52,141 bases of DNA. Source: Sphaeroforma arctica JP610 (Eukaryota). Below, piece after piece: positions 1-14,875 of the stretch (positions within the stretch are counted from its first letter, which is position 1; every line of letters starts with the position of its first letter). The stretch is from positions 9,938 to 62,078 of the forward strand of contig NW_014040391.1 in the NCBI RefSeq assembly GCF_001186125.1, given 5' to 3'. The notes beneath the pieces were generated by a model, which was not told the DNA's origin, did no database searches, and was given only the letters and a program-made list of their open reading frames with translations. The translations under genes were made by a program, and so were the position numbers.

Positions 1-555
1 GGACACTCTTCCAGTCCTAAACCATGATTCGAGGACACTCCTCCAGTCCTAAAACCACTGATACGAGGACACTCCTCCAGTTTTAAAACCACTGATACGA
101 GGACACTCCTCCAGTCCTAAAACCACTGATGCGAGGACACTCCTCCAGTTTTAAAACCACTGATACAAGGACGCTCGTCTAGTCCTAAAACCACTGCTAC
201 GAGGACACTCCTCCAGTCCTAAAACCAATGATACGAGGACACTCCTCCAGTTCTAAATCAACTGATACGAGGATACTCCTCCAGTCCTAAAACCACTGAT
301 GCGAGGACACTCCTCTAGTCCTAAAACCACTGATACGAGGACACACCTCCAGTCCCAAAACCACTGATACGAGGACACTCCTCCAGTCCTAAAACCACCG
401 CTACGAGGACACTCCTCCAGTTCTGAAACCACTGATACGTGAACACTCCTCCAGTCCTAAAACCACTGATGCGAGGACACTCCTCTAGTTCTGAAACCAC
501 TGATACGTGAACACTCCTCCAGTTCTAAAACCACTGCTACGAGGACACTCTTCAA
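1..555. repeat. Minisatellite, ~33-34 bp unit (GAGGACACTCCTCCAGTCCTAAAACCACTGATAC), ~16 copies, in a DOP1 intron; runs off the window start
   Basis: Directly visible tandem units with scattered substitutions. Confidence 0.95.
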
Positions 556-724
556 GCACGGCACCAGCAACACTGCCCCAGCAGCAGGGGATCAATTGCA
601 CGCGAGCCCACAGACCAGCACTGTAATAATTGTTACACCAGCAGATGTATATACGTACATAGATACATGAATGTATACGAATGGACACAGCACATGTACA
701 CAAACATATACAGTTACTACCTAC

Positions 725-1846
<1,122 letters not shown>

Positions 1847-2503
1847 GGTTACGGAATGGCGTGTGTACAACCGTTTATCCGACTGCGTGGTTTATAGGTA
1901 TATATTGTTTGTGCTAGTGTGCATATTTCATTTCCTGTACCTTTAAAGAGGGTACTTGATAAGTGTAGACGTACGTAAGTGTCTGTGTGATCATTTGTTG
2001 GCTATCAAGTATTCATATAAACGCACAGCACCTAAGTATGATATAGTCGGTATACTTACGCATGCATTCGGTTGCGTTAACCTCAAGTGCCCACTACCTA
2101 TCTAAACTAGAGGGGCGTACACGTACATTCATTCGTTTGTGTTTACTGAGACTAAAGAGTTATAGAACGGCACATAGTATACTAATTATTTATTTGTGTA
2201 TTTTTAGTTGTGCATCGACTATGATGCATTGATAGCTGATCACTGATGATGAAGTGTCACTTTCAAATGACGCCAAATTATTATACAATTTTTGAATAGC
2301 TGTATCAGTAGTTCAGTACAACGTACATACTTCACCCCCCTGAATGAATATTTATATATTTGACTTCAAATCATATTGAAATAGCAGTTAATAGCACTAA
2401 ATACAACCCGACCAACAGACACCACGACCCCTATACTCTAACAGCACCATCACCACATAACTCAATACACAACCCAACACCTTCCACAACTTACCCACTC
2501 ACC

Positions 2504-4205
2504 ATGTGGAAGCGGGGGACATTGGGCAATGAGATTGACGTCAGCAAGTCATCGCTGGTGGACCTCAAAGCGGAACTGTTCCGACGCCAGGCGGAGTATG
2601 CACGCGACAAGGCAGACCCTACCAAACGCAAGAGCCACCAGGTCAATGTCAAGGTACAGTGTAGTGGGTGTCATGTGTTATATGTCTCACGAGATAGGTG
2701 CATATGATGGTGCCATGTAGTGTGTGTTATATGTTATACGTCTCATGAGATAAGTGCATATAATGGTGCCATGTAGTGTGTGTTATATGTTATACCTCTC
2801 ATGAGATAAGTGCATATAATGGTGCCATGTAGTGTGTGTTATGTTATACGTCTCATGAGATAGGTGCATATGATGGTGCCATGTTGTGTGTGTTATATTT
2901 TATACGTCTCATGAGATAAGTGCATATAATGGTGCCATGTAGTGTGTGTTATATGTTATATGTCTCACCATATAAGTGCATATAATGGTGTCAAGTAGTG
3001 TGTGTCATATGTTATTACTCTCACAGGATAGGTGCGTGTAATAGTGCCATGCATTGCATGTCCTGTGTTTCATTGTCCATATACGTAATCAGAGCTGCAT
3101 CCCTCACCAAATGCCAACGCGTCATGCCATCCGCGAGGTTAGCTGTAGTGCGTGTAAGGTGTTGTAACTCTCACAGGATAGGTGTACATACCATACCACT
3201 CTCAGAATATAGCAGTGAGTATGGTCCCAAACACCACACATACCATTACACACTAAAAAGTATCTCTAGTCTCAGCCGCAAACCACGTGCTTGTACACAC
3301 ACAGGGGAAGGCTAAAGAGCAATGGGCTGTAGAGGCGAAGAACAGAGGGGTGGCTGCCAGGGCAGCACGTGACCAAGCCATGACTCACGCGGAACAGAAC
3401 AAAGCAGCACGCAGCAAGGCTAAGCTGGAGGAGAAGGCTAAGCTGTACGATATGATGAAGGTGTGGGGGGTGCACGTGGATGTATCACAGACGTCTACAT
3501 GGCTATATTAATCAACAAGCAAGCTAATTTACACAGTGGATGTTGTAGGAGCGAGTCAAACTTAGTGGCAAATACTATCCGGGGATTGTTGTCCACTCCT
3601 AATAACAATCGATCAGCTATATAAATATATATATATATAAATATATATATCCATATATATATATATATATCCATATATATATATAAATATAATATGTATA
3701 TATGTATATATGTATATATATACATATATACATGTATACATACATATGTGTCGGTGTGCCTGTGTGTATCTGTGTGGGGATTTACAGACGAGTGCTTCTA
3801 CTGCCATATATTATGATTTGGGTTCGCTGATACTGTTGCTCTCAGGCTCACCTAAAAGTCTGTGACGTCTGTTAGTACGCGAAATTATGCACATGTGTAT
3901 GCGGATGCTTTCGCGTTTCAACTCATCACCATCACTCACAGTATCGTACACTCGCGCCAACGCCAAACCAGCATATGCAGTTCCACTCACTAATTACATC
4001 GCTATCGATTATAGGCCAGGTATATGGCAAACGAAAGCGACACGAACGAATCTGTATTGGTGGACTTTGAAGCCAAGGCATGGGATAATGAAGCTAGCGA
4101 TATCGACAGTCGCAGCGATGCATCGTCCGACAGCGATGATGACGATGTAATTGGTATGTGCGATATTTTGTAGACTATTACATCATATTTCATGTATATC
4201 GATAA

Positions 4206-4271
<66 letters not shown>

Positions 4272-5638
4272 TATATATATTTATATATCTATATATAACA
4301 TTGATCATATATATATATATATATATATGATATGTGATGTTTGTGTGGTCACCAACTGCCACTCTCCGACTTTCGCATGCGATCAATATCTACACCTTAG
4401 CACTCCAACCCATAGACCATATCTACAACTGTGTAACCATCTTGTATATGGTCCATATTTGTAGCTGGGCGGCCCCTTTCTGAGCGCAGGGATGGGGAAG
4501 TGTGGGTGGAGTATGAGGATGATCTGGGGCGCACCAGACATTGTCCTCGCTCTGACTTCGCCCGTGTGGCTGAGAAACTGCACCGCAAAATCCGGCGGAC
4601 GGAGGCGGCTGCCAGTTCTAAAGCAGAGTACGTATAGATCTGTCTGGGTTGTTGAGAGTGTAGTATCCTCCTTTGTTGATACGTGTTGCTGTGTCTGTGT
4701 TTGTGCCTTTGGGATGTGGTGGGTGAGCTTGCTATTGAGTTTTCGGAAGTGTAGAGTGGCCGAAGGAGTGCGTAGTTGTGGAGGTGTGTTGCTCCTGTGG
4801 TCCTGCGAACTTCGCGCGTGTCTAGCGATAGTGGTGTGGCGGGTGAGCTTATGCGTTATTGGGAACGTTTCACGGTATTGTAAGATGTTTCAACTAGTAG
4901 TGTATGTTGCTATGTAGGTGCTGTGAGTATTTATAGATCGATAATCTCCACGAAAGTCAGCTTATATGAATTCACAGACAAGTAGCTCACAGGCTAGCGT
5001 ATGTGTGCCTGCTTCGCAGTGTCAGCGGATGGGCAAAGACCAATCCCAATTGATTCGTCTCATGCGCACCCGCAGTAGGAACTGCTAATAGCAGTGGGGC
5101 TCAACGTGTTAATATTAGATGCAATCCACAGAGCACACCACCGTCCCTAGCCATTGCATGAGACTGCAGACTCTGTCGGATATAAGTAACTGAACAGACC
5201 CACTCTCTCCTGTCCATTTCTAACAGTCAGTACGTATACCGATCCGCCGAGGAACAAATACGCGACAGCTACCAACCCATATCCCGAAGTGATAGGGAAC
5301 GAAGCGGGTCACTTGAACCCAAAAATAATGGACCGGTCTACTTCCAAGAGGTGTTTGGCAACGAAGTTCGCGACTTGGGTGTAGGATACTACGGGTTCAG
5401 TACCGACCCTATTGTCAGGGGTACGCAGATGGAGGCTCTAAACAAGCTGAGGGAAGAGACTAAGACCTTGAGACAGCGTAGTGTGTCACAGGGACTAAGG
5501 AAGCAGATGGCTCTGAAGAAGCGGCTGGATAAAGTGAGAGAAAGGAAGGCTGCTCGTGAGCTAAGGAGTGGTGCATTAGCTGGTGTGGGATTGACATGGG
5601 CCGATGGAGAGGTGTTGGAGAAAGAGGCGACGAGTTGA
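2504..5638 (+). CDS. CCDC174: Coiled-coil domain-containing protein 174 (C3orf19-like)
   Basis: Phase-consistent exons 2504-2653, 3305-3460, 4015-4153, 4465-4627, 5227-5638. Motifs [40 protein letters not shown] and [13 protein letters not shown]...[12 protein letters not shown]. Confidence 0.9.
2660..3055. repeat. ~55-57 bp minisatellite, ~6-7 copies, starting just after the CCDC174 exon 1 donor
   Basis: Unit TGTAGTGTGTGTTATATGTTATACGTCTCATGAGATAAGTGCATATAATGGTGCCA is repeated. Confidence 0.92.
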
Positions 5639-7044
5639 TGGGAGTATGATATACGTAAAGTAACAGGTTACCGAAGGAATACCGCACACGGCTGAATTTC
5701 GCTACTTAGTCATTGGAGCTTACCGTTGTACCGGCACAGGAGCCAGCATCTCTTGTGATAGGAGTGTTTGCCACAGACGAGCAGAGGTACTTATTCTGTA
5801 CATAACATGAGAGTTATCCTCGTGAAGCCTACTCACAACCAGAGTATCCCACCAAGTAATCAAAGCTTGCCACTGCACTATCCCAGTTAATGAATCACTC
5901 GTTCTTTGGGATGGTGACTGAAAATCAAGGTAGATCTGCGGTTGAGAAGAGGAATGGCAGATATTCTGCATAACGCCGACAACTAACGGTCGTCGCAAAC
6001 GGCTACGAAATCCCTCACACTCACCAGCCGGCCAAGGGAGGCCGTTAAAATGGGAGATTTAAGGGTCAAATACTACCCACGACTGCAGTACCTCACCCCC
6101 TTTCTCGGTGAAAGGAAGCTGTTGAATTGGGATTTAAATGGTCATGTCATGTTCCAAACTCTAAACCCTAAATCCCCCGGTCAATATCTGGACAAAAGAG
6201 GTTGTGGTGGGTCGATAGAAACATGCTCGCTACTCATGGTCTGTATTCTCAGGAATCGCTACTTATGGTCTATAAAACCAGGATCTGGGTTCCGTACGCA
6301 AGCACAGACACTAGAAGTCGCTAGGTGATAGTCAGATTCTCGTTCACTCCAGCATCAAATGGCAATTTTGACATTAAGTTGTGCATCTAGATGAGGCTAG
6401 CGTGCCGGCTGGTTAAAAGGAAAGATGCGACAAGCTATACACTTACTCCACACTCGCACATGTACTTTGCTGTGTACATATCATTGCAAATGGAGACAGT
6501 CCATCACATTGCACACACACACAGTTATCTATCCTCATTGCTATGCACATACAATACTGCGAGAAATGTTTTGGAGAATGCCCATTCATGTCAATCGAAG
6601 TGATTCGCGTGCTGTACGTAGGCGGACATGGTGAAGTGTCGCGTCGTGGTTTATCCATTGTGCACTAGAAGAATATAGAACCTTAGGGAATGGAGAAGAA
6701 ATAAATAAACCGTGACTGTGCTACTGTATATAATTGATGCCTCCTATTGCCCGAAACACGGTGTGAACTCTATAGCCCCCTTTTATTTTTTTATTGGGAT
6801 TATATTGAGATACAGTTGTTTTGAGAAGAAAAATACAAATACAAGTCCATAGAAACTTCGGAATCGCCCTCGGCTTGGTATTGTATTCAGTATTACTGTT
6901 TTATCTCGACGACAGACATCAGTCTATTGGGGGCCTTGTCAGACCTATAGTCATCAATTTGACATACACTCAAGCTTGAATCCAAAACTTCAGTCTCCGG
7001 TGCATTCCCAGCCTGAATGTCCTACCGCGCACAAACTGGTGCAC

Positions 7045-7583
7045 TTATCTTTCGCAGTATCGCTGGAAAAGCCCACTGTAGAATTTGGGAATAAAGGGAG
7101 GACATAAGAGTCAATTGCTGGACCAAGAGTAAGTATCTCGTGCTCGAACAATAGGGAGTAGGAGCGTGTAGTGATGTTGTTGAATATCATGTAACGTTTA
7201 ACAATTTGTAACACAGCTCGACTTGGCTTCAAACAACGACTCGAAATACTATTGTGAAATGAAATCAGGCGAGGTAAAATTACATATGAGTGACCGATTA
7301 TTCTACATGAAACATACGATGTGCAATGGGAACAGAACCCAGGGCAATCACCATCATCATCGCATGTTGAAAGGCCGCATGCAAATCGACGTTGTCTTTC
7401 TTCGTGTTCAGCCTCCTTATCACTGATACCCGTGTTGTCCATGTTGCTCCAATCCCTTATCCATTGAGCTTGGACGTCAGAGCTACGGGCAGATCGCAGA
7501 GATTTTTCATCCGAGAGTGGAGACGCGCATACCGATACTACCAAAACCAAAAATGGGAATGAAACGATACCAGAAAATTTCAT
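7045..7583 (-). CDS. Secreted cysteine-rich prepropeptide (98 aa) with a 6-Cys knottin/toxin-like mature peptide
   Basis: Exon 1 7583-7318 (GTATGT donor, phase 2) and exon 2 7075-7045 (TTCTACAG acceptor, TAA). Signal peptide MKFSGIVSFPFLVLVVSVCA, acidic pro-region, RQRR, then FACGLSTCDDDGDCPGFCSHCTSGLFQRYCER. Confidence 0.8.
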
Positions 7584-8576
7584 GCTGGATGTTTGATACT
7601 TTTTATATTTTGTCCAATATATGATGTGTACAATACAATAGTAGACTTGGGCCGCTTTTTATAGCAGCACTTTCGATTCTTTCGGTTCGCATTGGCAAAA
7701 TATGGATGACATAGGAGAATACTACATTCAGTACATATTATCGACTTTTGACTATATGGACAGTTATGCATCGCGTTTGCAAGTTTGTTACACAAGACAA
7801 AAGTGGAGTCAGTGGAATCACTGGCTCTGGATCACTCGATCACTAGATCAAAATTGCACGCTCTCCAGTCTCTAACGGCAACCATCTTAGAATTCATATC
7901 ACTGATATCAGCAAAACTGAAAACTGCCCAGTGTTTATTGGTTTTGTTTTAGGCTACTTTTTAGAAACAACCCAATTGTTTGTTTTTTAAAAATAAAGAT
8001 GCAAAATGCCCGGATGAAAAAAAGTATGTTTACAAGGGAGTATTTAAATAAATATTTATATAAATAAATAAATACATATTTAGTTTTTTTTACTATTTTT
8101 TGGTTTTTCTTAAAAAACAATAATTTGTTTTCTAAAAAAGTAAAAACTTTGAAAGTCTGAAACAGAAATATGAACGTGTGACACCGGACACTGGACACTG
8201 GACACTGGACACTGATGTGAACGTATTTATATTTAGTATAAATAAACTAAAAAGTGGTAATCCGGAATCCCTCTACTAGTGCTCTTGGTGACTTGGTCAC
8301 CTTGTGACATACTCTAATGATCTACTGATTTGCTGATATCTTGTTAATTTTAGAACATTTGTCATCCTTGAAGAGTGAAGATCAGTGGCAAACTTCAGTG
8401 ATTTCTACTGAAGTGCTAACAGGAGTATTTATTAGGCTATCGTTTGTCCACAACTTTCTGATTTTTTATATTTTACTGGATTGTGATTATGAGGTCTTTG
8501 GTGTGGATACCGTGAGGATGCCAAAGCGTACAAAATCAAAACTATGGCTATAAAACACGGACCCCCACTAATGTAC

Positions 8577-8682
8577 TTCACATAACAAAATCAAGTACAC
8601 AATATTAAAAGCCTAAACAGCATCAATCGTTCACATAACAAAATCAAGTACACAATATTAAAAGCCTAAACAGCATCAATCG
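8577..8682. repeat. Perfect 53-bp tandem duplication
   Basis: TTCACATAACAAAATCAAGTACACAATATTAAAAGCCTAAACAGCATCAATCG occurs twice in tandem. Confidence 0.93.
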
Positions 8683-9042
8683 TGAAGACTTCTGGTATCG
8701 TCTCATTCCTAAGATATTGTGCCCGGATACATAGTAGTACATATGACATCAGAAGAAATATATGAGTGCTCGAACGCGGGGTAGACCACAACTTAGCGCC
8801 AATCGATTCAAGTATGCTCTTTCATAGCCTTTCAAAGCGTCTGATATTATTTTAACTATGGTCCTTTGCATGGTGCGTGGTGAATTCAAGAAATTTGTAG
8901 ATACACGTGTTGAACCTTGTGACCAGTTATACGTGCGGACGCAGTGGGCCAACAACACACATGAGATGGTTTACTCAAACTCGGAAATGATTTATATGTT
9001 TTATTTCAAACGATATTTTTATATACTCAGTATCTCCTGCTT

Positions 9043-12000
9043 TTAGCAGAAGTCGGTGATTTTGCTGGGGGTCTTATTACCCTCGTCTCCCGTCGAGCTC
9101 TTTGCCCCAGCCGCAGTGGTCTCATGTAGCACATCCTCAAGACATGTGACCACCCCCCTGGCGTAATCATCAAACCAACAATCCGTCATACCCTTGAACA
9201 AGGCTTCTAACCCAAACCTGTACGTGTAGCAGTTCAAATCGAGGAACCCACACGTGCTGGCTTGCGCCTCGGCTAAGAGAGTGCAGTCGCACGGGCAGAA
9301 GTTGCCCTGTGGCACACACTTGAGGTGCCTTGGTCCTTCGAATTGGAATGTGCAGTGGTCGTGACGGGCACACGCCTGCAGATAAAATATAAGGAAACAA
9401 CGTGTCAACTCTCTGTACGTATCAGATCAGATTACACAGACTCGTTTTATACTATTGAAAGAATGGCCTTCTAATCCATCCATTGGATAAAAATACCAAA
9501 ATCCCCTATTTATACTGACCAGTGTTGCGACGCCAGACTATATATATCGTTAGACATGAATGTATTGAATTTGTGCAAGAATCATACGGCTCATATATAT
9601 GCTAGCTGGATGGACAAGAGTCACGATGCAAAGGTACATTGACGCGTCAATAGTGATCCCACACTGAAGTGTGGTGAGAATAATTGAGCGCTAATCGTGA
9701 GGAACTCACTTACAGTATGGCTGTGCACGTGACGCCGGTTGCTAGTATAGGATGCGCATCAGATCAATAAACCTCGGCATTCACTAGCTAGAGACACATA
9801 GCACACCACACAACACAACACAAGACTTCACACCATGCACATTGCCAGATCATAAATACCCAAAAGTACGTCAACAGCAATGAGATCTATAGATGAGTCC
9901 AAATACACAACAAAAAGATGTCCTTCACACACCAACAGAGGGGATACTCGACCTTAGAAGCATGTATATAGTTCCCTTGCCACTCCCGTGTCACACAACA
10001 GAAGCACAAATATCACTCTCTTGTCAAGTCTCTCTCACATACCGCATCCAATTCGTCCTTGATAGGGCATTCCTCCAGGCATGCATCTGTTAACGGTGCT
10101 ATGTCATCGGCAGTCCTATTAAGCTAAAAAGTGGGTATGGTGCAGGGATGCAATTAGTGAGTGTACGGTCAAAGATGTATACACGCACATATACGTGCAA
10201 CGTACAGGGACACATCAAGAGAGTCACAACTACAGTTGCAGAGGTGTGCAGAAACGTACATATCATATACACACCCACAACGACTAGGACGAAAGAAAAA
10301 GAGAAGGAGCTAGGCTCATCTCCGAAACAAGATTACAGGACTGAGGCTGCCCTCGGTAGAAATAACGACTGGTACTGTTGCCAAGACCCATCGAGCAATT
10401 GCACAGAATAGAACACCATTTAAGAGAACTCTATCAAACAGAAACACAGTACAAACAGAAATCATCCAGGTTCCATAGCTCTTTAGAATATAATATCTGT
10501 GATGATGGGCGTATTACGGCATGATTGACCGAGCGAACAACTGCAACACAACGTTCCATAGCTCTGATTAGGAACGATAGAGGTACATACCACGCAACTC
10601 GGACAGGGCTTGCCATCACAGCAGTCTTGGAAGCCGCCGTGGCCACCTCCACACCAATCTGTAGTGAGAACAAACACATGTGAGATATACAATCAAGTTT
10701 AATAGACACAATGCCTGCGCAACAGTATGCAATAGTGCAAGCTGCATGCGAGGTGTATGTGCAAACACATGCGCAATGCTACAGCACAGAGTGGATAGCT
10801 CGGAAGAGATGGAACTCACCACCGTATCTGCAGTAGCGTTCGACTGCAATATAACGGGAGGCTCGCAGCGCTTGTGTTAACGTAAACGTAAAAATATAAT
10901 ACTAATAGACAATGATGAGCCTCTGATTTCCAATACCGTTAACGATACATACACTTCTAAACACATCATATAAAACACATCGAAGTTGCAAATATAATAC
11001 ATGAATGAGCTAGGGAGTAAATGCAGGCATCTGTATATACAATGTAAGTGTAGTTAGACACACATACATAATATGCATATATACATATATATATATACAT
11101 GCAGATAAATATATACATACATATATATATATATATATGCATATATATATATATATATAAATACATATATATGTATTGTATACTTGTATATATATCTAAT
11201 TCCATATTTGTGCATATATTTGTATTTATACGTGTGCATATATATGCATGTCTGTGAGTTTATGATACGTCTAAAAGTACGTACATATGGGCATGAATTA
11301 CAAACACAATAGTAGCAGTCGCAGAATAGAAATGAGTCAGGGTTATGCATTTATGCATTCAATTATACTTTGCAATACTATGAAGAAGACACATATTGTC
11401 GCACCGTCTCACGGAGGGGAATCACATTTCATTGAGTTTCACATAAGGGAATTATCACGTGCGAATGAAATCATATATGTGAATTGATGATTTACACTTG
11501 TGTCACTCATACAATCCAATCGAGGTGTACATATGCACTCAAACCCATGCAATGACTATTAGGCAGCGCAAAAGATTAATATGTACGAGAACGTGATATA
11601 AATAGAAACTTATGCCTACAGCCGAAGCGCAATGGAACGGCGCGGAGGTTGAAGGATAGACGAAACATACATACACAGACATCATATGACAAGATACAGT
11701 TGAATTATAGACGAAACATACATACACAGACATACACAGACATCCTATGACAAGATACGGTTAAAATATAGACGGAACATACATACACAGACATCCTATG
11801 ACAAGATACCACAGCACAAGTGTCGCAGTGCTGGTGGCTAAGGCATCGTACATGCGGGGATGTATTTGTATACTGTGTATTAGTAGATTATATTCGTATA
11901 CAAACTAGCACCTATTAGTACCATACCACCACATATATAAACTACCCACGTGACTGCATACTTCCATAATTCATCAGATCCGTGACTACGTACTTCCATA

Positions 12001-12414
12001 ATTCATCAGATCCTTTAGGAACCCAGTCGCATCGTTGGCTCCTGCTCGTTTTGCCGCTGCTGCGTTGGCTCCGGCGAAGTTGTCGTACGGAGCTGATGTA
12101 TTATGTTGTAGACCGGTAAATGAGTTGAATGTCTTCGATATAACTTAAACCCTTAGCTAATGCGAGTATAGATTATAACACTTGGAAATTAGCGCAACCG
12201 CTTCAACAGGCACGCATGGCGTCCATACTTGTGAAGATTGCATATCGTGCTATTTTACGCATTTGTTTTACAAGTATACAATAACATACTTACCGATTAC
12301 GCTCTTTTGACTCATCAACGATGGAATGTGCCCACTTTTCTCGTTTTTGAATTGTAATCGAGAAGCGGATGTGCCGCTGACTAGGGCTGTGGCCAGAACT
12401 ACGAAGGTCAACAT
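9043..12414 (-). CDS. Secreted phospholipase A2 (His-Asp, Ca2+-dependent sPLA2 family), ~233 aa
   Basis: Phase-consistent exons 12414-12294, 12092-11994, 10658-10591, 10123-10043, 9375-9043. Signal peptide MLTFVVLATALVSGTSA, Ca-loop YGNWCGGGHGG, catalytic DELDAACARHDHC and a downstream CPCD. Confidence 0.88.
11655..11810. repeat. ~50 bp tandem repeat, 3 copies, in sPLA2 intron 2
   Basis: TAGACGAAACATACATACACAGACATCMTATGACAAGATAC is repeated. Confidence 0.85.
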
Positions 12415-13843
12415 GGTATCAGGTATGTATATATGATATGGGAGAAAGACTATAATAATTATAAGGTGATGACCTCGTTGCAGTATCTGTTGTTGTATGC
12501 ACTTGTAAATATGCAGACTGATCTGACGAATATAGCGCCACTATACTATATGTAAACTCAACGATACCTCTCCCATAGCCTCCACAACTGAGACCTTTCT
12601 CAAACACTAAACAGCAGGTTGAGCATTGTTTTAAAAATTCCTCGCAAAGTTCGAATTTCGAAAGCAGAGGCAAGAGCAATAAGGTGGACACTGGGAGCGT
12701 CCGAGCCACTCGAGACGTTACGTAGTCCAGAGTATACGTTGAAGGGAAACGTATTTATAAAAAAGTGATGATATTGTAGCGAAACTTCGATAAAGTGGGC
12801 CAAAAAGAGTCTGACCTACAATGAAAATATATCATACTATACATGTTAAATAATACATATATATTGCACCTAAGGACCTTGCAGCTGCACCCAAAATGTA
12901 CATACAGGACCAATGCAAGGTAAGTTTTACGTAAACGTAAAAAGGATTGATTTCTATGCGTTGGAACGTAAATTGTAGCAAGGATAGTCTGAGAGTAAAT
13001 TAAATTAGGTCGCGCATGCGAATTGCGGGCAATTTAGAATTTTTTTATAGAAAAATGCTACGCGCTCGTGGTTGAATCTATGGATGTATCAGCCAATGAA
13101 GGATAGGAATTTGGCATGTCGTTGTCATCACTTTTTAAACGGTATCTGATTGGCGGTCTGTATGAAAACACACTGCCGACTGCCGGGGCTGATTTAGTTG
13201 CGCTGTTGGACGTTGGTTGCTATTTTTATCAGTGCAAGACTGCAAGTTGGTCGGCCTGTCCGGCACTCCTGCTCCGCTGAGGCCTGAGACTCTGAGGGTC
13301 CGTTTAACATTGTCCACACTCTGAGAACACACTACAAGAGAGAGAGCGAGAGAAGAAAAGAGTTTTTTAATTTTGAAGAAGGCTACATACAATCATACAT
13401 ATTCGACAATACAATTTTACATACAAGAGTTGTATAATATACAACTTTGTAAAAAAAATGTGTGTTTTTAAATTACCCCTCGTTATTGTCTTTGATGATG
13501 ATGGCATGCCGGCCCGCATGAGTCATGAGTCATTGACCCCCTTCAGGCTTGAGGCCTTGACTCTAAAGGCCTATGAGGGAATAATGAGGGTATGAAAATA
13601 GAACTATGTATTTATGTACGTTACAGGTTGCCCCAAGAGACCAATGCCCCACGATACATAATCTAAACTATTTTTTTTAATCGAGCACCATACATTATAC
13701 AACTATGTGATATTTTATTACTAATTTGCTATAAATCTCGTCCGCTGTCTAGTATACCAGGATTCGTTAAAAATACAAGTGGAATCTACTAATATCAGTT
13801 CACTTTCAAAAAGACGCCACTATCTTTTATAGCAGCATCAAAC

Positions 13844-13875
<32 letters not shown>

Positions 13876-14875
13876 ATAATTTCCGACAACTTGCAATCAT
13901 AAATTCTAGAACACACACCAGTACAACAGTGATAGTCGCTTAATACCGCTCAAACTATCGGACAGGGCAAATAAAGTTTGCATAGTAGTGGGCTTGTGTG
14001 TAATAACGCGCACAATCTCTTGCAACACGTATCGCTTATATGATTCCTTGCAACTCTCCTTTTAAATTTATCACTTGCATGCCTCTTGGTGGTAAAGCAC
14101 TGTCCGTAGTTATTCCAAGAGACATAACGTACAGATCAAGTGTAGATTTAATATGGTTAGAACAGTACAGAATAGACTACTGGAACATCATACAAAATCA
14201 AAAACGCTGACAGGGTAGAAGTAGAGGATATACGGAAAGATTCGGCTACATTTTGTATGCTTATCGTCAAAACTAGAAATCACGTGCATAGAAACGCGAC
14301 CATTTAGCTCCATATATATCACTACACGATTCCATGTAGAACATTAAACGATTGTAAAAAATAAGATGGAAAAGCAGTACAGTACGTCAGGGGTGACGCT
14401 ATGTATCTTAAAGTGACTAGTTTTTCCCATGCCTTTAATGTGTCAACGTCTAGTTTGACCAGCCGTAATAGACTTTCTCACAACCCGTCGCTAAACATTA
14501 GTACGTATGTAGTACATAATATACTATATCTACGTGTGCAAGCCACAAGGCAATAAAAAGCCAGCACGTGGGGCTGCCGAACGCCGGGCTAAACCCAAAA
14601 ACCAGTTTATACAACTGTAATGCAAAACTTTTGAAAGATATATAAACCGAGCTTATCCGCATCTGAAATGATATATAAACCGGGTTTATTTCCATCTTTA
14701 GCGTTCCTCGCATCAAGCACCCGCTGCCGGCGGTGCCCGGCGCAAATAATCTGATCATAAAAAAAAAGTACAAATATCTCCATATATGTATATGAGCAGG
14801 TAGCTTGGATATCTTACCATTACTCGCCCGAGCTTACAACAGCTTTCGTTCGAATATTAAGTGTAGTTGGCAAAT

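Noticed and set aside
1..555. CRISPR-like regular ~33-bp repeats
   Set aside because: Head-to-tail units with no unique spacers, no cas genes, and an intronic eukaryotic location
6050..6328. 92-aa ORF downstream of CCDC174
   Set aside because: No motif or splice support; likely UTR or intergenic
6990..7583. 197-aa single-exon model
   Set aside because: The middle has canonical intron ends, and the spliced form gives an even 6-Cys peptide; kept only as a possible isoform
13135..13392. 85-aa ORF / GC-rich patch as a gene or snRNA
   Set aside because: Non-ATG start and no recognisable protein or RNA motif
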